DNA of 32,000 nucleotides from Fibrobacter succinogenes subsp. succinogenes S85 (GTDB lineage Bacteria; Fibrobacterota; Fibrobacteria; Fibrobacterales; Fibrobacteraceae): NCBI RefSeq assembly GCF_000146505.1, contig NC_017448.1, positions 3,630,001 to 3,662,000 of the forward strand, read 5' to 3'. Shown piece by piece: positions 30,476 to 32,000 of this stretch (position 1 is its first letter; each line of letters starts with the position of its first letter). The notes under the pieces were generated by a model. It saw only the letters and a program-made list of their open reading frames with translations, ran no database searches and was not told where the DNA came from. The position numbers and the translations under genes were made by a program.

Positions 30476-32000
30476 ATGAAGTATTTCTTGGCGTGTCTTG
30501 TTTTAGGGCTTGCTTCTGTTTTGTCGTTTGCAAATGAATCGCGAATGAGCTACTATACGATTTCGCCTGAAAAAGTGGAAGCGTATGCGGAACAGGATTT
30601 GCTAAAAGACTCCACTAAGGTGTTTAAAATTATTGAAGAACAGAAGGCCTTTAAGTATGAAAGCCGTTCGCAGATGAATGAAAAATTTAAGGAGCTGTTT
30701 AAGGAGTATCCTCAGCATCAAAAAATTGTTAATAAATTCATTCAGACATCGTGGACTGTTCGAGAGGATACTGCTACAGACGCGATGGGAATGCTCAATA
30801 CGCCGACCTATTTGGATGATTATGCTATTGATTCATTAAAATGGTATATTATTGATGATGCAAAACAACAGATGGTGTTTTCTCAACAAGCGTATGATTT
30901 TGTTAAACAGATGCAGAAAACTGCGTTCTTGGATTCTGTTCAACTTCATCTTTACGCCAAAAATCTCTTGGCATCGAGTTTTAAGCTTTGTAGCGGGAAA
31001 GTAAATAATCAGGACATGTATATTGATGCTGCTCTCGAATCGTTTTTTACCAAGAAGAGAAAAAATCTTGTAGATTCCATAAGAAATGTTTGTAGTGAAA
31101 TATGTAAGAATCGGGAACTTAAGAAAAGGGAAAAATATGGCGTATGTATGGAAAGAGAATGTAATATGCGTCAGATATATAGCGATGTTGGAAAAATATT
31201 GATATCTGATATTCATCGAGAAAAAAGATTTATTGATAGATATAGTGGCCGAATTTGCTCGGATGACCTTTGGAAAAAAACTTTTGATAGATTAGATTCT
31301 ATTTATTCCCTTTACTTTAAGAAAGTTGTAGACTCCTCGCTTGTTAAAGTGAATAGCAATGAAGAGGCTTCACTAATTTTGAACAGCAAATCTAGTGGAA
31401 CTAGCCGTAAAGAAGAATTGAATGGCGAAATCGTAGGTTTTTACCCGTACTGGTATGCTGGTGATACGACAAAATGGGTGGACTTTGAAGGGGTAACTCG
31501 ACTTGCTTATTATGGTCTGAAGGCTGATAATAACGGCTCTCTTGTGACGCCTTCAGGAAAATCTGCGCTGACGCATTTTGATGAAAAAGAAAATTATGAA
31601 TTTGTCAATGAAACCCACCGCCACAATGTAAAGTTGGATTGGGTCGTTGTCAAGAATGACTGGAAAAATGTCGGCTTGGATTCGTTCTTTGCAAAACTTA
31701 CAGGTGAAATTGATGAGCTTTTGAATAAGAAGGTTAATTCGTCTTTCCAGCGCATTGTAAATACCATCACGTTCAATACCGATGAATTGGAATATCGTGG
31801 TGACGGTGTAACTTTGTTCTTTAAAAATTTCCCAAAGGATAGTAATAGTACTGTGACGTTCAATAAGTTCTTTGGTGAATTGAAAAATAAGCTTGCCAAG
31901 AAAAATGAGTCTGTTCATGTGAATTTGATGATGGAACAATCTGATTTGGCAATTGATAAGCATCTGCTGTTTGCTGATACTGTGAAACAGGAATCTTATA
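30476..32000 (+). CDS. Secreted protein, 3' end outside window (more than 508 aa); its C-terminal part is GH18 (chitinase-like) TIM-barrel-like but lacks the catalytic DxDxE
   Basis: This ORF is not in the supplied track because it has no stop in the window. By hand translation the frame is open from GTG 30470 / ATG 30476 to the window end. RBS aggagg at 30455-30460. Signal peptide MKYFLACLVLGLASVLSFA. GH18-like layout: IVGFYPYWYAG...VDFEGVTRLAYYGL...HRHNVKLDWVV...YRGDGVTLFFKNFP, where GH18 enzymes have DGxDxDxE. Confidence 0.7.
   Translation, partial: MKYFLACLVLGLASVLSFANESRMSYYTISPEKVEAYAEQDLLKDSTKVFKIIEEQKAFKYESRSQMNEKFKELFKEYPQHQKIVNKFIQTSWTVREDTATDAMGMLNTPTYLDDYAIDSLKWYIIDDAKQQMVFSQQAYDFVKQMQKTAFLDSVQLHLYAKNLLASSFKLCSGKVNNQDMYIDAALESFFTKKRKNLVDSIRNVCSEICKNRELKKREKYGVCMERECNMRQIYSDVGKILISDIHREKRFIDRYSGRICSDDLWKKTFDRLDSIYSLYFKKVVDSSLVKVNSNEEASLILNSKSSGTSRKEELNGEIVGFYPYWYAGDTTKWVDFEGVTRLAYYGLKADNNGSLVTPSGKSALTHFDEKENYEFVNETHRHNVKLDWVVVKNDWKNVGLDSFFAKLTGEIDELLNKKVNSSFQRIVNTITFNTDELEYRGDGVTLFFKNFPKDSNSTVTFNKFFGELKNKLAKKNESVHVNLMMEQSDLAIDKHLLFADTVKQESY

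Noticed and set aside
30836-31963. Minus-strand ORFs 30836-31216 and 31553-31963
   Set aside because: They are antisense to the long open plus-strand frame (30476 to the window end), which has an RBS and a signal peptide. They are AT-rich, Ile/Phe/Lys-rich artefacts.

Overview
All calls come from reading the sequence and recognising motifs; no database search was run. The window looks like a Fibrobacter-type (FCB-group) chromosome segment: GC-richer housekeeping or envelope genes alternate with two visibly AT-richer accessory blocks.

Left part (1-9.7 kb): two tandem paralogs of a large lipoprotein (FGE/SUMF1 domain, beta-propeller, SGNH-like C-terminus; the first is truncated by the window edge). 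These are followed by a polytopic membrane protein carrying a 21-bp tandem repeat, a GH8 endoglucanase, and a 785-aa secreted protein built from five 4-Cys/Trp-rich modules joined by Ser/Glu linkers.

Middle: a 1483-aa double BadF/BcrA-type ATPase (acyl-CoA dehydratase activase-like) fusion on the minus strand.

Accessory block 1 (14.2-22.5 kb) is the most interesting locus. Two Rpn/YhgA-type PD-(D/E)XK 'recombination-promoting nuclease/putative transposase' genes each sit divergently next to members of a four-gene array of FGE/C-type-lectin-fold (lipo)proteins. The array has a duplicated divergent promoter region, an invariant 21-nt motif ending in each start codon, a near-invariant 43-bp block at each 3' end, and a mosaic P1/P2 ancestry for the fourth copy. 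I propose a recombination-based surface-variation cassette system.

Right part: an AlgX/AlgJ-like SGNH protein, then a GIY-YIG nuclease gene tightly bracketed by inverted copies of a GTCAT...ATCT hairpin element. That element also occurs as four solo copies elsewhere in the window, in a REPtron-like arrangement. An orphan HigA-like HTH gene and pmbA follow.

Accessory block 2 (26.4-32 kb): a LuxR(N-terminal HTH)-TPR regulator, a 113-aa protein that resembles a standalone cholesterol-dependent-cytolysin domain 4, two unknown proteins, and a secreted GH18-like protein that lacks the catalytic DxDxE motif and runs off the window end.

No rRNA, tRNA, CRISPR array, reverse transcriptase or bounded IS element was seen.
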